From positions 83,514,001 to 83,578,000 of the forward strand of contig NC_043005.1 in assembly GCF_006345805.1 (NCBI RefSeq): a stretch of DNA of 64,000 nucleotides, read 5' to 3'. Of this stretch, positions 14,756 through 29,327 are shown one piece after another. Position 1 is the stretch's first letter. Each line of letters begins with the position of its first letter. Position numbers and translations under genes: made by a program. Below the pieces are notes generated by a model. It was not told where the DNA came from. It searched no databases and was given only the letters and a program-made list of their open reading frames with translations. Source of the DNA: Octopus sinensis (lineage: Eukaryota).

Positions 14756-15408
14756 CGCAGGAGTAACTGTGTGGTAAGTAGCTTACTTACCAACCACATG
14801 GTTCCAGGCTCGGTCCCACTACGCTGTGTGGCACCTTGGGCAAGTGTCCTCTACTATAGCCTGAGGCCAAACAAAGCCTTGTGAGTGGATTTGGTAGATG
14901 GAAACTGAAAGAAACCTGTCATATATATATATATCATCATTGTTTAACGTCCGCTTTCCATGCTAGCATGGGTTGGACGATTTGACTGGGGTCTGGCGAA
15001 CCAGATGGCTGCACCAGACTCCAATCTGATCTGGCAGAGTTTCTACAGCTGGATGCCCTTCCTAACGCTAACCACTCCGAGAGTGTAGTGGGTGCTTTTA
15101 CATGCCACCGGCACAAGGGCCAGTCAGTTGGTACTGGCAACGGTCATGCTCAAATGATGCTTTTTATGTGCCACCGGCACATAAATAAATATATATATAT
15201 ATATATGTTTGTGTATCTGTGTTTGTCCCTCTCATCATCATTTGACAACGAATGTTGGAGTGTTTACGTCCCTGTATCTTAGCAGTTTGGCAAAAGAGAC
15301 CGAGAGAAAAAGTACTAGGCTGACAAAGAATAAGTTCTAGGGTCAATTTGCTCGATTAAAAGTGGTGCTCCAGCATGGCTGCAGTCAAATGACGGAAACA
15401 AATAAAAA
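14756..15408 (+). mobile_element. SINE family A, interrupted by an antisense RTE 3' UTR (14934-15180)
   Basis: Head GCAGGAGTAACTGTGTGGTAAG, then GGCACCTTGGGCAAGTG and GGATTTGGTAGATGGAAACTGAAAGAA, then tail GGTGCTCCAGCATGGCTGCAGTCAAATGAC. A nested CATCAT-headed insert sits in the middle. Confidence 0.8.
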
Positions 15409-15424
15409 ATTATATATATCTGAG

Positions 15425-16860
15425 AGATAAAAAGGAGATCATGAAGTGCTGGGCAGAGCACTTTTCAAATATTCTGAATTGGGCTCAATTGTTGATGAAG
15501 AAGGTCTGTCCTTGAAGAACTGTCAGTTGCTCCTCAAATGCTGAGATAAAAATGACCATACAACAGCTCACAAATGGAAACTCGTTTGGGAACGATGGCA
15601 TACCAACCAAGATATATGAATGTGGTAGCAGTCTCCTGTTGAACAATTTATGTGAACTCTTCTCAGGATCAGTCCCACAAGAGTTCAAAGGTGCTTCTAT
15701 TGTCCATCTTTATAAACTCAAAGGTAACAAATGTGAATATGACAACCATAAAGGTATTTACCTTTTGTGTGTTGCTGGGAAGAACCTTGGAAGGGTTATC
15801 TTAGACTAAATGATGCCCTTGCCAGCTAAGTGTTGCCTGAATCTCAGTGTGGATTTCGGGCTAGTAGAGTCCTAGTGGATAGGATTTTTAGCCAAAGGCT
15901 GCTGCAGGAAACGGCTTGTGTGCACAACCAAGACCTTTTTGTCATTTTCGTTTATCTAAAGCTTTCGACACCGTATCTAGGGATGCCCAATATCACAATT
16001 TCTTTCCATCAAAGGATGATGGATTCTGTCAGACCTAGCGGGGAAGTGTCCAATTCATTCACAGTCTCAAATGAAACAAAACAAGGCCTGTGTTCTTGCA
16101 CCACTCTTATTTGCTTTGTATTTCTCCGTCATGTTGGAAACAGCGTTTGAGGGTGTTAAAGGAGTTTGGAACTAGTAGTGACTTGTTCAACCAACAGTTC
16201 TTCAAAGTAAAAGCTAAGACTTTGATGCAAACAGTTTAAAATTTGTTCTTTGCAGACGATTGTGCACTCGTAGCACACACTCGAGGACATGCAATGGATT
16301 CTAAACAACTTGTCGCATGCATCAAAGGCTTTGGTCTGACCATCAGCATCAAGAAAACTGAGCTTGTCCATCAGCCCATTCGTGACCATCTTCCCACTGT
16401 CGCTCCTACTGTATATTTTGAAAAACTGTTTCCTTCTTCACTAACCTTGGTTCTATTGTGTCCAATGATATGAAGATGGATAAAGAAATTGTGTCGAGAA
16501 TCAGGAAGGCTAGCTCCACTTTCGGTGAGCTTTATCACAGGCTATGGAACAGCCACAACGTATTGTTGAAGGTGACAGTTAATGTATATAAGTTGGTGGT
16601 CTTGACAACATTGCTTTATGGTACTGCAAGCACATCAATCAGCTTGATGCTTTTCATATGTGATGCTTGCTCCTCTAAATGGAAACCTTACCTGTCATTG
16701 TGGTTTTGTGGCATGAAGCAAAGCAGGCCCAGCCATCCACTCAAGAAAACATAGTAAATAATCAACAAGCACTCAAGCAAACTGAGTCCTCAACTTGTTC
16801 CATTTACCAAAAGCTTTGCAAGGTACCAGCAGACCTCAAGAGACACGTCCATACAACATG
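15425..16860 (+). mobile_element. Decayed RTE (BovB-like) LINE reverse-transcriptase fragment
   Basis: ORF pieces SVPQEFKGASIVHLYKLKGNK..NHKGIYLL, LPESQCGFRASR, FADDCALVAH and EIVSRIRKASSTFGEL..LTTLLYG are RTE RT motifs, broken by frameshifts. Confidence 0.9.
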
Positions 16861-19800
16861 ATCAATGCTTTATTTTACTGAACTCTCATTTGTCATTCAC
16901 GACAAGAGGACCCATTATATATATATATATACAGTAGATCCCACTTTATAAATCCACTGATAATAAATCCTCCCGCTTAATGTATCCAAAATGGGTTGGG
17001 ATGGAATTTTTACACATAAAATCTCCCATTTTATAAATCTAAACCATCGCTTAATAAATCCAGTTTCAGCTGCTTCTTTCTAAAGTGTCAACAAGTGGCA
17101 GCGAAGAAATGACGTTTTTTTTTTTTCACTCTTAGATACTAACAGGTAGGCTCCAGCAGCCACAGCCAGCCAGCTGTCATGTGGTACATTCCATGATCCA
17201 AAACCAGATCAATAAATATGCAGTAGCAGGCAGTGGCTGCTGAAGCCTACCACACAATCCTGTCATTCAAGTGAAAAAGTCGGCTCCAGGACACTTCTTG
17301 TCAAAATTATGCACCCTTCTCATTCATTGGATGATGAAGTGTACCACGTGACAGCTGGTCCAGAGCCTCCAACAAAATTAAATACAGCATCTTCCAACCA
17401 TACATAAAAAAATTCTAAAAAGAGCCAATTCATATAAAATATGGAAATTACATAAAATTGCCATCTGTGCATCATACTAAAAGTATATATACTGTTGAAA
17501 GACACATGATGCTGTGGATTTTGTCTGAGAGAAAATGTTTTAATATGCTTTTGTTAAAAACACAGGATTGTATATCAGAGCAAGGTGAACACTGCCTCAA
17601 CAATAACTCAAGAGAACAGCTGCATTTCATCCTAGTTGGGGTTCATCAATGCTGTGCTTAGTGAATAATACATTCACTGAGATTACAGAAAGCTTGCAGG
17701 ACTTTAAAAATAAGATGAGTTAACATAAATGAAATAGCATTAAATTAAAACATCTGCCTGTCTGTCATACTATATGATACACTAAATGAAAGGCTATAAA
17801 AGGAAAAAACAAAACAAAAAACTCGGTGAATGCTAATTTTCTGTGACCTAAAATAATTCGATAGGGTGGGTGTTGAGGGAATATAACTGAGTATAGTTAA
17901 ATATACAGTCTTTTATTGAATAGCAGAGAAAGTGAAATAAGAAATTAAGACAAAATTGTTTTAGGTAAATATCTGTTTAAGAACAGTGATAACAGTGATA
18001 GGAAATCCATAAAATAAAATAAAAATTAAAATAGAAATATTTCTCAATTTTCTTTCCCAACCTCTTCTACTTATTCTCATGTAATTTTCTTCACATTTTA
18101 ATATTACATTATGCTTTTGTTACTTAAAATTTTGGGAAATTATTACACTGAAACCTGTTGTTACACAACAACTTACAGAACTAAAAGAAAAATTCAAATT
18201 CTTCAGTTTGTTATGCTGACTTAAGTAAACCATTTTGATTCCTGACACTTAATAAAAAAAAAAAACTCTAAGGAGGGGGGGGGGCAAAAAAGGAAAAAAA
18301 TCTAATCATCATCTTTGCAGTTAACTTTGAAATAACTTCAAGCAATTTAATTTCTACCAATGGAAAACTTTCATCAACTAAAATAATATATTGATTTTTT
18401 GGTGGCTAGTGATGGTGGTGCACTATTGAGCAATATTATTATTATTATTATTATCATTATTATTATTATTTTTATTACTTTTATTTTTTATTATTATTAT
18501 TTCACAACTATCATCAGAACTACATTTGCTTGGTGAAGCAGCAAATCTAAGTGAAGGAGAATAACAAATATTTTAAAGACAAAAAAGAAATCATTCGAGA
18601 AATATCTAATAATAATAATCAAATAATAATACTAATACTAATAAAGCTTGAAGAATAATCAATAGTAATGCAATTTGCATGCCAAACAAAATTTGGAATA
18701 TTTCCTTTTGCGAATGATTTGATAAAATATAAAAAGGACGCCAGTCTGTTTGCAGGCAACATTCCCAGATGAACTTGAACCAAGATAAACATAAATTAAG
18801 AATATTATGAAGACCAGGTTGATTGGGACTTCGACTTTTGCTTATTGACTTATATTAAGAATGAAGTATTCCACCCAGAAACAAAATTAGATGACTGCAA
18901 GGAATTTGAACTCAGTCTGTTTAGAACATACATGTATGTATATATGTATGTATATGAATGTGTGTGTGTGTGTTGCGCAGGTGGTCTTGTAACTGATGGA
19001 ATCAATTATTTCATTTCTGTTGCATAAACATCTGCCTATCCTTTTCTTATTATTATTATTAACAGTTTTTGTATTATATTCTCAACTAATATTCCACTGA
19101 CCACAAGTAACTAAGCCAACTGAGGGGGTAACCTCTATGTAGTCACTTTACCTGCAAGAAATAGCAGCCAAATCACACACACACACTTCCCATATTGTAT
19201 TCCACTGTTTTAGAAGAAAGCATGAATAGATAATGTGATCCTGGATCTCTTGCACAGAGGAAATTGCTCTTGTCAGTACACAAGTGGTGTACATTAATTG
19301 GCTGAAGACAATTACACAAAATAAGTAAGAGCTTCACTCACACTTAGAGGAATTGGTGCAATAAGAGAAGAGTTAAGACACTGGGTCAACCTTGTGAGTT
19401 GAAACTGCAATAAATAGACATTATTATTCTATAATGTCAGTAGATTATTTATTCATGTAATGGAGATATATAAGAACTGACTGAACAAGGTTGCTGTTTA
19501 TACTAAGCTAAATGGTAAAAAAAAAAAGGGGGATGAAACTGAAAGAAGCCCATCATGTATATATCTGTGTGAATGTGTGTGTGTCTGCCACCACTGCTTG
19601 ACAACTGATGCTGGTGTGTTTACATCCACAGAACTTAGCAGTTCGGCAAAAAAAAAACAAAAAAAAAAAAAACACTGATAGAATAAGAACCAGGTTTAAA
19701 AAACAAGTACTGGGTTGAATTCATTTGACTAAAAATTCTCCCCAGCATGGCTGCAGTCTAATGACTGAAACAAGATAAAAGATATTCTAATGTATTCTTC

Positions 19801-21700
19801 AGGCTTAATCAAGTTACTTCTAACTCCCAATATATTATGAATATTAATTCTGTTTTTAAGAAGTAATAAAAGGCAAAGATGAACCTGATGAGATTTTAAC
19901 TCAAAATGTACACAGTTAAGAACCAACATGGTCATCATTGTTTTAATGTTCCCTTTTCTGTGCTTGCACAGGTTGGCCAAAGTTGAAGCAGATTTTCTCC
20001 AGCTGGACGTCCCTCCTGTTTCGAAGCAAGGGAATATTTCCTCATGGCCAGGTAGGTTTTCACAGAAGATTGGGAATGGATGACACTGCTTGTGTTACAG
20101 TGATGCTTGTTTACAACTGTCACACAATATCAAGACAAGGAGACACAAACACACATTTATACATAGTTCATGTATGCATGTGTGTGTACACACACACACA
20201 CAGCAAGTTTCTTTCAGTTTCTGTCTACCAAATCCACTCACAAGCCTTTGGTTGACCCAGGGCTACAGTAATGCCCAAGGTGCCATTCAGTAAGACTGAA
20301 CCCAAAACCACATGGTTGGGAAGCAAACTTCTTAACAATACCAACACCTACAACACATTAATACTCTGCCATTTCCGTTCCTTCCCTTGCATCTGCCATA
20401 GTTTTCAGAGCTGAGTCATAACTTCCCCAACCAACAACAGTAAACCTAATCTTACCTAATAAGTACAAATGTCTCATTGCCACACATAACAACATGTGTA
20501 CACTGTTTGTTGCAGATAAGTATCCTTTGGGGGTTTTTCTTTTTTTTTAAACACACATTGAGATCACCATTCATGGTAGTAATAGTGGTGGTGGTGTGGA
20601 GGCAGGGATGGAAGTAAGTGTCTGAAATACACTACTCACTCATCATGTAATGCTGTGAGATAAGAAAACAATGCTGCAGTAATGACCGATAAAATATGCG
20701 GCAGGAAACAGTGAGGACGCCGTTTACTGAAGAAGCAATCAATATGAAATCAGTTAAACAAAATTCATTTTCAAGAATGGATCTCTTCTATTGATTTTAC
20801 GAAGAATATTCCGTTTGTTTCGATCAGCTGAATGACCTATTCTATGAATCACTGTGTGAAATGGCTGTGTATCTCTAAGACGTGTGTGTGCATGACCTTA
20901 ATGAGAATTGTTACAGGAAATCAATGTGACACCTGTGACAATGTTAGACCTTTGAATTAAAATTCTTTACTACCCACAAGGGGCTAAACATAGAGGGGGA
21001 CAAACAAGGACAGACAAAGGGATTAAGTTGATTACATTGACCCCAGTGCGAAACTGGTACTTTATTTATCGACCCCGAAAGGATGAAAAGCAAAGTTGAC
21101 CTCTGAATTAAGGGCCAGAATACCCTTCTGATTTTTATGATGATAGTAATGCTGATTCAGAAATATAGATTGAGCATCATTTATGTCAAAAGAACTTCTG
21201 AAAGATGCTAGTGAAACAGAAAAATAGAAAACGAAGTAGACTGTTCAGGAATTGCGAAAGTCTTCATTTAAAACAAAAACAATTTCTTCATAAAATTATA
21301 TCTAGTGATAAAACTATTTTTTATTGTCAATATTGCTGTAACATCCATTTTTTTTTCAAACTTGCATGGGTCAGATGAAATCTGTCAAGGCAGATTTTCT
21401 ATATGTATAGCCAGATGCTCTTCCTGTCACCAACTACTACCAAGCAAAGTAATATTTACCCAGAGCAAAGTAATATTAACAAGCAAAGTAATATTTACCC
21501 AGAGCTGGATGGTATGTTTTTGGAGAAAATTGGGAACAAATGACACTGCTTATGTGATGGTGAGATTCATTTAAAACTATCATGTGATATTAAAGGAAAC
21601 ACAAATACATGTATACAAAGCGGGCTTCTTACTGTTTCCATCTACCAAATCTACTCACAAGAATTTGGTTCCCCACCCCAAAGAATATAGTTAAAGATTC

Positions 21701-22127
21701 TAGTGGTTGTGTGGTAAATAGCTTGCTTACGAACCACATAGTTCTGGATTCAGTCCCACTGCGTGGCACCTTGGGCAAGTGTCTTCTAATATAGTCTCGG
21801 GCCGACCAAAGCCTTGCGAGTGGATTTGGTAGACGAAAACTGAAAGAAGCCCGTCGTATATATGTATGTGTGTGTATACATATATATATGTATGTATGTG
21901 TGTGTGTGTATATCTTTGTGTGTCTGTATTTGTTCCCACATCGCTTGACAACCGATGCTGGTGAGTTTACGTTCCTGTAACTTAGCAGTTCGGCAAAAGA
22001 GACACCAATAGAGTAAGTACTAGACTTACAAAGAATAAGTCCTGTGGTCAGTTTGCTCGACTAAAGGCGGTGCTCCAGCATGACCCCAGTCAAATGACTG
22101 AAACAAGTAAAAGAGAGTAAAAGAGTA
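21701..22127 (+). mobile_element. SINE family A, near full length
   Basis: Collinear with the copy at 39428-39806. Confidence 0.85.
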
Positions 22128-24167
22128 AGGTGATATGCAGTGAGTCTGAACCCAAATTAAAAAAATATATGAATTTGTTAATTATTGCCAACAGAACACT
22201 GAACTCGGTTTCACTCCTTGGGATATGGCTTTATGTTTAAGAAGTTGGTTTTGTAATCACATGCTGCCAGGTTCAATCCTACCATACCAGTACATTGGAC
22301 AAGTGCCTTCTGCTATAAATAAACTCAAGTCAACCAAACAGAAACAAGGAAGAAGTCCATCAGAGAAACAATGTCAGGCAGGATGTGGATTTTCCCCACC
22401 TCATTACCCCCCTCCCCCCCAATATCAAGGGTCCCACCATTGTTATGAATGCTACCCTTTTGTTGTTGATTGAACCATAGAAATGGTGATTTCGAATTTC
22501 TACACAGGTTGGGATCAATAAAACAAATACCAGTGCAATGTCAAGGCTAGTTCAATAAATTATATCCAACTTTACATCATAACAGTACAAAATCTACCAT
22601 GTGTAAGAAGAAAAAAAAAAAATCAATGAATTAATAGTGCTAATCAGAGAGAGAGGGGGGGGAGAATAATCAAATATTATCATTATCATCAGTTTTACAT
22701 CTGCATTTTCTATGCTAGCATGGGTCAGACCATAAATGATTCATAAATACACTTCTAAATACAAAAGCTATCCAGTTGAAAGAGATCAATGAATTCATAG
22801 AGCTAATCAAGGGAAGAGAGAGGCAGACTGAGTGAGACAATCACAAAGCATAAATGATTCATAGAAAATGCCATAACATGTGTGACTTTATGAAATAAAT
22901 ATGAAATAGATGGGTGAAAACAGGAAAAGGATTTTAGGGCTGTTTCATCTTGTACTTGAGAAAATAGTAGAATTCTGAAATGAGAACAACTGTGTGGTCA
23001 ATGTTTTTTTAAAATTCATTTGGAATGTCTTTTTTTTTTTAATTTCCCACAAAATTACACTCCTCCTTTAATGATTTCAAAACTAAATTAAATGTTTGGT
23101 AAAGAGCAAACATAATGACAATTCGACAATTCAGATTGACTCATTACAGTCATCATCCCATATATATATATTAAATGTAAAGTGTATGAGTTAGTGCAAA
23201 CACACACACACACATACATACATACACACCTCACAAGCTTATGTGATTATGTCGATTGTTTGTGTGTGTGTACATACACACAGCAAGTACAGGCATGGCT
23301 GTATGATTAAGTCTGCTGCCCAACCAAGTGATGTGGGATCCAGTTCACCTATGTAGCAATTAGGCAAGTGTCCTGGTAGGTGGAAACTAAAATAATCCTA
23401 CCGTGTGTGTGTGTGTGCGTGTGTGTGTATTTGTACACATTTGGCTCCTCCAAAAATTCCTATGCTAAGTATTGATGCTATCATCTCCCTCATCCACAAA
23501 TCACCTGCTGGTTTTCTGACTTCATAAAGCACATGGGATAAGAGATCACTTACTTGAAAAATAAACAAGGGATAGCAACTGTAAGGACATCTGGTGGCAG
23601 AATATCGCCTCCAATAATATATTTGTCCAATACATGCTAGGTTGAATAAATGGCCATGTATACACACATACATATATGCATACACATGCCATCATTTTTA
23701 CATCCAGATTTTCTATGCTGGCATGTGTTAGATGAGACTTCTTGACATAGTATTCTCAGGCTACATGTCCTTCTAATGCCAAACTTTATTTGGATTGAAG
23801 GTACTCTATTTCACTTGCCTTTGTACAACAAACTGCCAAGCTATGGAACATATTTTTTTCTCGTGTGCGACATTAACAATCATCATCGTTGCCAAGTAGT
23901 GTCAATGCAAAGATCAATAAACACACACTTGACTACACACACACAATATATATATACACACACATTTGGTTAATGAGAGGGATGGAAGATACGAATTAAG
24001 TATCCCACTCGTGAGGGATCGATGCTAGATGGGTTAAAACAATTGTAGCGATAAATAAAAATTCTCATATCATCCATGTCTCTCAAATACACAACAAACA
24101 CTGTGGAAGTGAAAGTGCTTTATTGGTAAGCTACCAAGTATAAACCATATGATTTGTTATCTACTAT

Positions 24168-24450
24168 CATCATCCATTTAATGCCCGTTGTCCATGCTGG
24201 CATGGGTTGGACGGTTTGACTGGGATGTCACACTGGAAGGCTGCACCAGGCTCCAGTCTGATTTGGCATGGTTTTCTGCAGCAGGATGCTCTTCCTAAAG
24301 CCAACCGCTCCGAGAGTGTAATGGGTGCTTTTACATATCACCAGCACAGGTGACATCTACGTGACACCGGTATCTGCCATGACTGTAATTTTGCTTGGCT
24401 TGATGGGTCTTCTCAAGCACAACATAATGCCAAAGGTCTTGATCATTGCC
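24168..24450 (-). mobile_element. RTE 3' UTR copy, antisense
   Basis: Begins CATCATCC..CCATGCTGGCATGGGTTGGACGG, the reverse complement of the (GAT)n-tailed repeat. Confidence 0.7.
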
Positions 24451-27400
24451 TCCATGTGTGTATATATGGTTAGGGTTAACAACAGGAAGAGCATCCAGTT
24501 GAAAATCCTGCCTCAAATAATTCACTGTCTTATCCATGCCTGCATGGGAAAACAAACAATAACCAAACAAATATATAATATAGACATAAAATGGGGTTCT
24601 GTGCAGTTTCTGTCTATCAAATTCCTCTTAAAAGACGTAAGTCAACCTGAAGCTGTAGTAGAAAATATCACCAAAGATCAAACTCACATAGCTGTGAACT
24701 TTTTAACAACACAGGTATCAATGGATGTAATTATTTTTATTTCATCATTTGTTTTACATCTATTTTTCTATGCTGGTATAGGGCTGATATCAGTTTGAAA
24801 ACATCAGTAATAAATTCCTAACCCAAACTTTGGGCCTCATGACCCTGTTAAAAATTTAGATATTTTATAATTAGGTGTATTATATTGTTTAGCAATATTA
24901 TTTTTTTTCTTTTCTCATTTAATTGCTATGGAAAGAGGTGGGGGAGAAGCTGTAGCCATGACCTTTCGAGACAGAAAAAGATTAATGCCATTAATGTTTA
25001 TCTTGAACAGTTGAAACAATTGCAGAAAAAACATGCAGGGAAGGTATTTCAAGGAGCCAATGTCCTGGTTGGAAAGACTGGGCATAACAGTTAATGCAGA
25101 GGTTGGCAGGCAGAATGTGTGTGATGAGAGTGAGTGACAGGTGAATCAAGAATGTTCTTGGCTGGGCATCATAAGAGCAACGAAATTTGAGGAGAGGAGG
25201 CCACTGAAATTGTAATAGGAAAGTCAGAAAGAGGGGAAAGCAGAATTTGGAGCATGTTGTGTGTTCATATCAACAACAGCATCACAGTCATCTAACCTTT
25301 CTTTGAATATGCCCAGGTAGCTAGCAGCACCATCTCAAGTGTTGGAGTAATACCCTGTTTTGTTAACTGAACATGTAAAGAGTAGTTGTTAGGAGTGAAA
25401 GAATTTTCTGTCTCGGGAGAAGAAAACCAAGCTTTGCAATACTAATGACGTTCTTCAGTGGTGATGCAGCCATTGCAACAAGTGAATTTAAGGGTTTTAG
25501 TGACATGCTGTTCATGTTTGGGAGGGCTACAATGGTTTCTTAGTTTGTGTAGTGATTGTGCTTTTTGTAATGTTGACAGAAACAAGATTGGCATGACTCA
25601 ATTAGATGTTCTTTTGAGGATTTTTCAAGGAGTCCAAGTCCATGATGACGATTCTCATCATTTTACATTTTGCATTCCATGACAATGAGTTAGTTGAGTC
25701 CTCATAGTCTGAGACAATTCTTATTCAGAGTTGCTTGTCCTAGGTGAGTTAGTGGGCCATGTCCCACTTAAGTGTTTTATCTTTAGTGCAGTTTTTATGG
25801 CTGGATTATCTTCTTAGCTCCAATCACTTTGTGCTGAGTACATATTACTGTGACACAACTACTAGAAGTCATGTCCTTAACAAGATTAAAAATTTTCTTT
25901 GTCTATGTTAACACTGGTCATTCATCAACCACTTTATGGAGAGTACTGGGAGTAATTTACTGTGGCACAGCACTAAAGAGATTGCTCACTGTTCTACATG
26001 TCTGAGTATAGAGGAGTTGAAATCAAAACAATCAAAAATGAACATAACAGTACTTGGAGTTATTTAGCCCTAAAACACCCAGGATTGAACAAACCTATGA
26101 AATGCTTTCTAGCTGTGACCACCAAGTGTATCTAAGACTACATTACTCAATGTTTTCTGTGGGGTTTAATTAGAGGAAGATTTTGCTGCTAATTCTTGCA
26201 AGTCAGATGATCATATGGTGATTCTCTTGATTGGTCAAACAGTAAAATAGAGATTTTGGCACAACCATTGTGGCGCTACTGTTTTGGCATGCATGCATGT
26301 ACTTTTGCCTCCAGTGTCAAACAGCACTGCCACCAAAGAGTACAGTCGGCTGTGCCAAATCAACAGCATTTAAATAACCAAGCCTAATTGTCTCATTCCA
26401 TGAACAATATGTTTGGATAATTTTTTTTTTAATGATTTTCATGACATTGTAATGTTTCATTTCTCATTACATATCTAACTAGATCTTTCTATAATCCATG
26501 CATATGTCACATAATCAATAGACAAATTAAAAACAGAAGAAAAAAAAACACATACCAATAAACCTTGTCATATCAGAATAAACAGATAACAAAGATGTGC
26601 AGTTGTTCTGTTACTACTTCAATAGTCAGGATAGGATCTCTCTCTCTCTCAATGGCTGACCATCACAAATAACATAAGGTATTTCACTAAATAGAACACA
26701 GACATGCTGCTGATACAAGTAGGAGAATCAATAGATGTTCATTACTAAATGGTATAGCTGTTTAGCCATAGGTCAGTCCTGACTGAGTATTACTTCTGAT
26801 CAAAAGCATTACAGTCATGACCAACACATCATTTTTACCTTTACAGAAAGCAAATCCAGGATTATCCAATGATTTTTTTTTATTGTAAGGTATGATTTTA
26901 ATGAGATATGGCTGCTACTTCTAGCAGATGGAGAGACACCCACAGCCTGCTGTTTAGCTTCAGGCTAGCCCCCATTTCCCTGAAGATTCAGCTACTGTTT
27001 CTAGCAAGTCAGACTCCTTTGTTGGCCTGTAAATGTTAATTTCAGTTCTAAAATTGACTTGCCATCAAAAGTGAAATAATTGCCAAGCCTCTGTGTATGA
27101 GAAAGATGGAGCAGAGGGAGAGACAGAGAATAAGAGAAACATGTAAATGGCTTAAGGCTGCCAAAAGAAATTCATAAAAATTAGTCCAAAATTTGAAAAT
27201 AATGCAAAATGTAAATTTGACAGTGATGACAAATGACTGAGACCTTCAGCGAGACGCTGTGCTTGAGAAATCATAGTCATGGCCATTGCCAGTGTCTTGT
27301 AAATGGCACCTATGCCAGTGGCACATATAAAGAAGCACCTGTTACACTCTCAGAGTGGTTGGCATTAGGGAGGGCATCCTGCTATAGAAACCATGCCAAA

Positions 27401-27629
27401 TCAGACTGAAACCTCCAGCTTACCAGTTCCAGTCAAACCGTCTAACCCATTCCAGCATGGAAAGCAGACGTATGATGAGGATGTTGTTTGTTTTTGAGTT
27501 TAAACCGAATCAATACATTTTAATAGAAAACAAAATTTTGCAAAGAAAGGGCTGACAGTAACTTTGGACCCTTCTGATTTGCTTTCATTAGTATGACAAG
27601 CAAGTTGAAGCTCCAAAATCACTGTCGAC

Positions 27630-28125
27630 CATTTCCTTGTAAGATAAGAAGTTTGCTTCCCAACTACATGGTTCCAGGTTCAGTCTCACTGCATGGCACC
27701 TTGGAAAGTGTCCTCTACTATAGCTTTGGGCCAACCAAAGCCTTGTGAGTGGATTTGGTAGACAGAAACTGAAAGAAGCCCATTGTAAATATATGCGCAC
27801 ACTCGGGGTGGTTGGCGTTAGGAAGGGCATCCAGCTGTAGAAACTCTGCCAAATCAAGTTTGGAGCCTGGTGCAGCCATCTGGTTCGCCAGCCCTCAGTC
27901 AAAATCGTCCAACCCATGCTAGCACGGAAAGCGGACGTTAAACGATGACGATGATGTGCGTGTCCCATCACTACTTAACTAGTAACTTATTTTGGCAAAA
28001 GACACCAACAGAATAAGTATCAGGTTTTAAAAAAAATAAGTACTAGGGTTGAGTTGTTCGACTAAAATTCTTCAAGGCAGTGCACCAGCATGGCCACATT
28101 CTAATGACTGAAACAAGTAAAAAAT
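27630..28125 (+). mobile_element. SINE family A with a nested RTE 3' UTR (about 27800-27957)
   Basis: SINE A head and core, then GGTTGGCGTTAGGAAGGGCATCCAGCTGTAG..AAACGATGACGATGATG, then the SINE A tail. Confidence 0.7.
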
Positions 28126-29327
28126 AAAATCTATTAATGTATTCAGTTGTTTCACCTTGACCCAACTGTGACAACTAGTTTTTATTTACCTATTTCACAA
28201 TTTCACACACGATTTGCCAAAGACTATATTATCCAATATATGCCAGGTTTCGTTTTATTTATAAAAAGCTTCAGGGTGTGGTTTGTCTGCTGTATATAAC
28301 ACACCAAAATGATAGTGTAAAATGTGACCCCATTGGACTGCAGACATGATGGAACACTGCCTTGAAGGGTTTATTTAGTTGAGCAAATCAACCCCAGCAC
28401 TTTTTTTTTTTTAATCATTAAAGTCGGATACTTATTTTACTGGTCTCTTTTTGCTGAACCGCCGAGTTACAGGGACATAAACAAACTAGCACTGGTTGTC
28501 AAGCTGCATGGAGACAAACACAGACACATCTACATGGTGGACTTTCACAGAGCTTCTGTCTACCAAAATCACTGACAAGGCATTGGTCGGCCAAAGGCTA
28601 TAGGAAACACTTGCACAATGTGACACACATTTGGACTGAACCCGAAACCCCGCGGTTGCAAAGCAAGCGTTTTTACCCTCATAGCCATAATTATCTAAAT
28701 CGACCAGTTAGTATTCCAGAGACTGCACTGTTTCGCAACATTGATTTTTGAGATTGTCACAAGTAGAAGGATGGGAGAGGATGCAGGCAATTTCCTCGAG
28801 GTGTGTGTGCTACTTAATCCTTGCTGAACTTGGAAACCTCTACGTGGGTTGGTAACCCAGAAGAAATAGCAGCCAAATTTACCTCAGATCACACCTACCA
28901 TAAAGAGGAACTAAATTACATAATGTAGTTCTAAATATATATATTTAAAAAAAAAGTATAGTGGTTATAGATAAAGTGTCTTGGATCAATAGGTGTGATC
29001 GATAGCGACTTTACTTCGTTGAAGTATTTCGATGGCATTCAGAGAATATTCAGACGAAAAAGCTAAATTCTACCCCGGAAATGATTTATCTGTTACCCAC
29101 TTTACACCAAAGAAAAGTTTAACACATCTGGGTTTAACCACCCTTTGTGTATCTAAAACTATACAATCCAATGTGTCTTCCGTTTTAAGAGATTTAATAG
29201 CCCCATCTTGTAGGTTTAGCGACTACATACAGTTGCCCTTCGTTGGGAGATAAATTTTTCGTGTTTGTGGTGAATAAAAAAGAATTTCAGGAAACACGAT
29301 CGGTAATTTTTATCGAATACGGATCAT

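Noticed and set aside
17320-17505. 61-aa hydrophobic minus-strand ORF as a coding exon of the divergent transcript
   Set aside because: No family similarity and no convincing splice pair.
18668-19027. Protein-like frame MQFACQTKFGIFPF...EYYEDQVDWDFDFCLL
   Set aside because: Three in-frame stops. Joining needs an unsupported 45-nt GC-AG intron, and no homology was recognised.
20718-20760. CTGAAGA...GAAA hammerhead-like spacing
   Set aside because: No stem II, and G sits at the U16.1 position.
21440-21505. Short tandem repeat AGCAAAGTAATATT as a CRISPR-like array
   Set aside because: Three adjacent units with no unique spacers, in a eukaryotic context.
24325-24798. 157-aa ORF, the longest ORF in the track without an assigned product
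   Set aside because: It is built from RTE-UTR and SINE fragments read through by chance.
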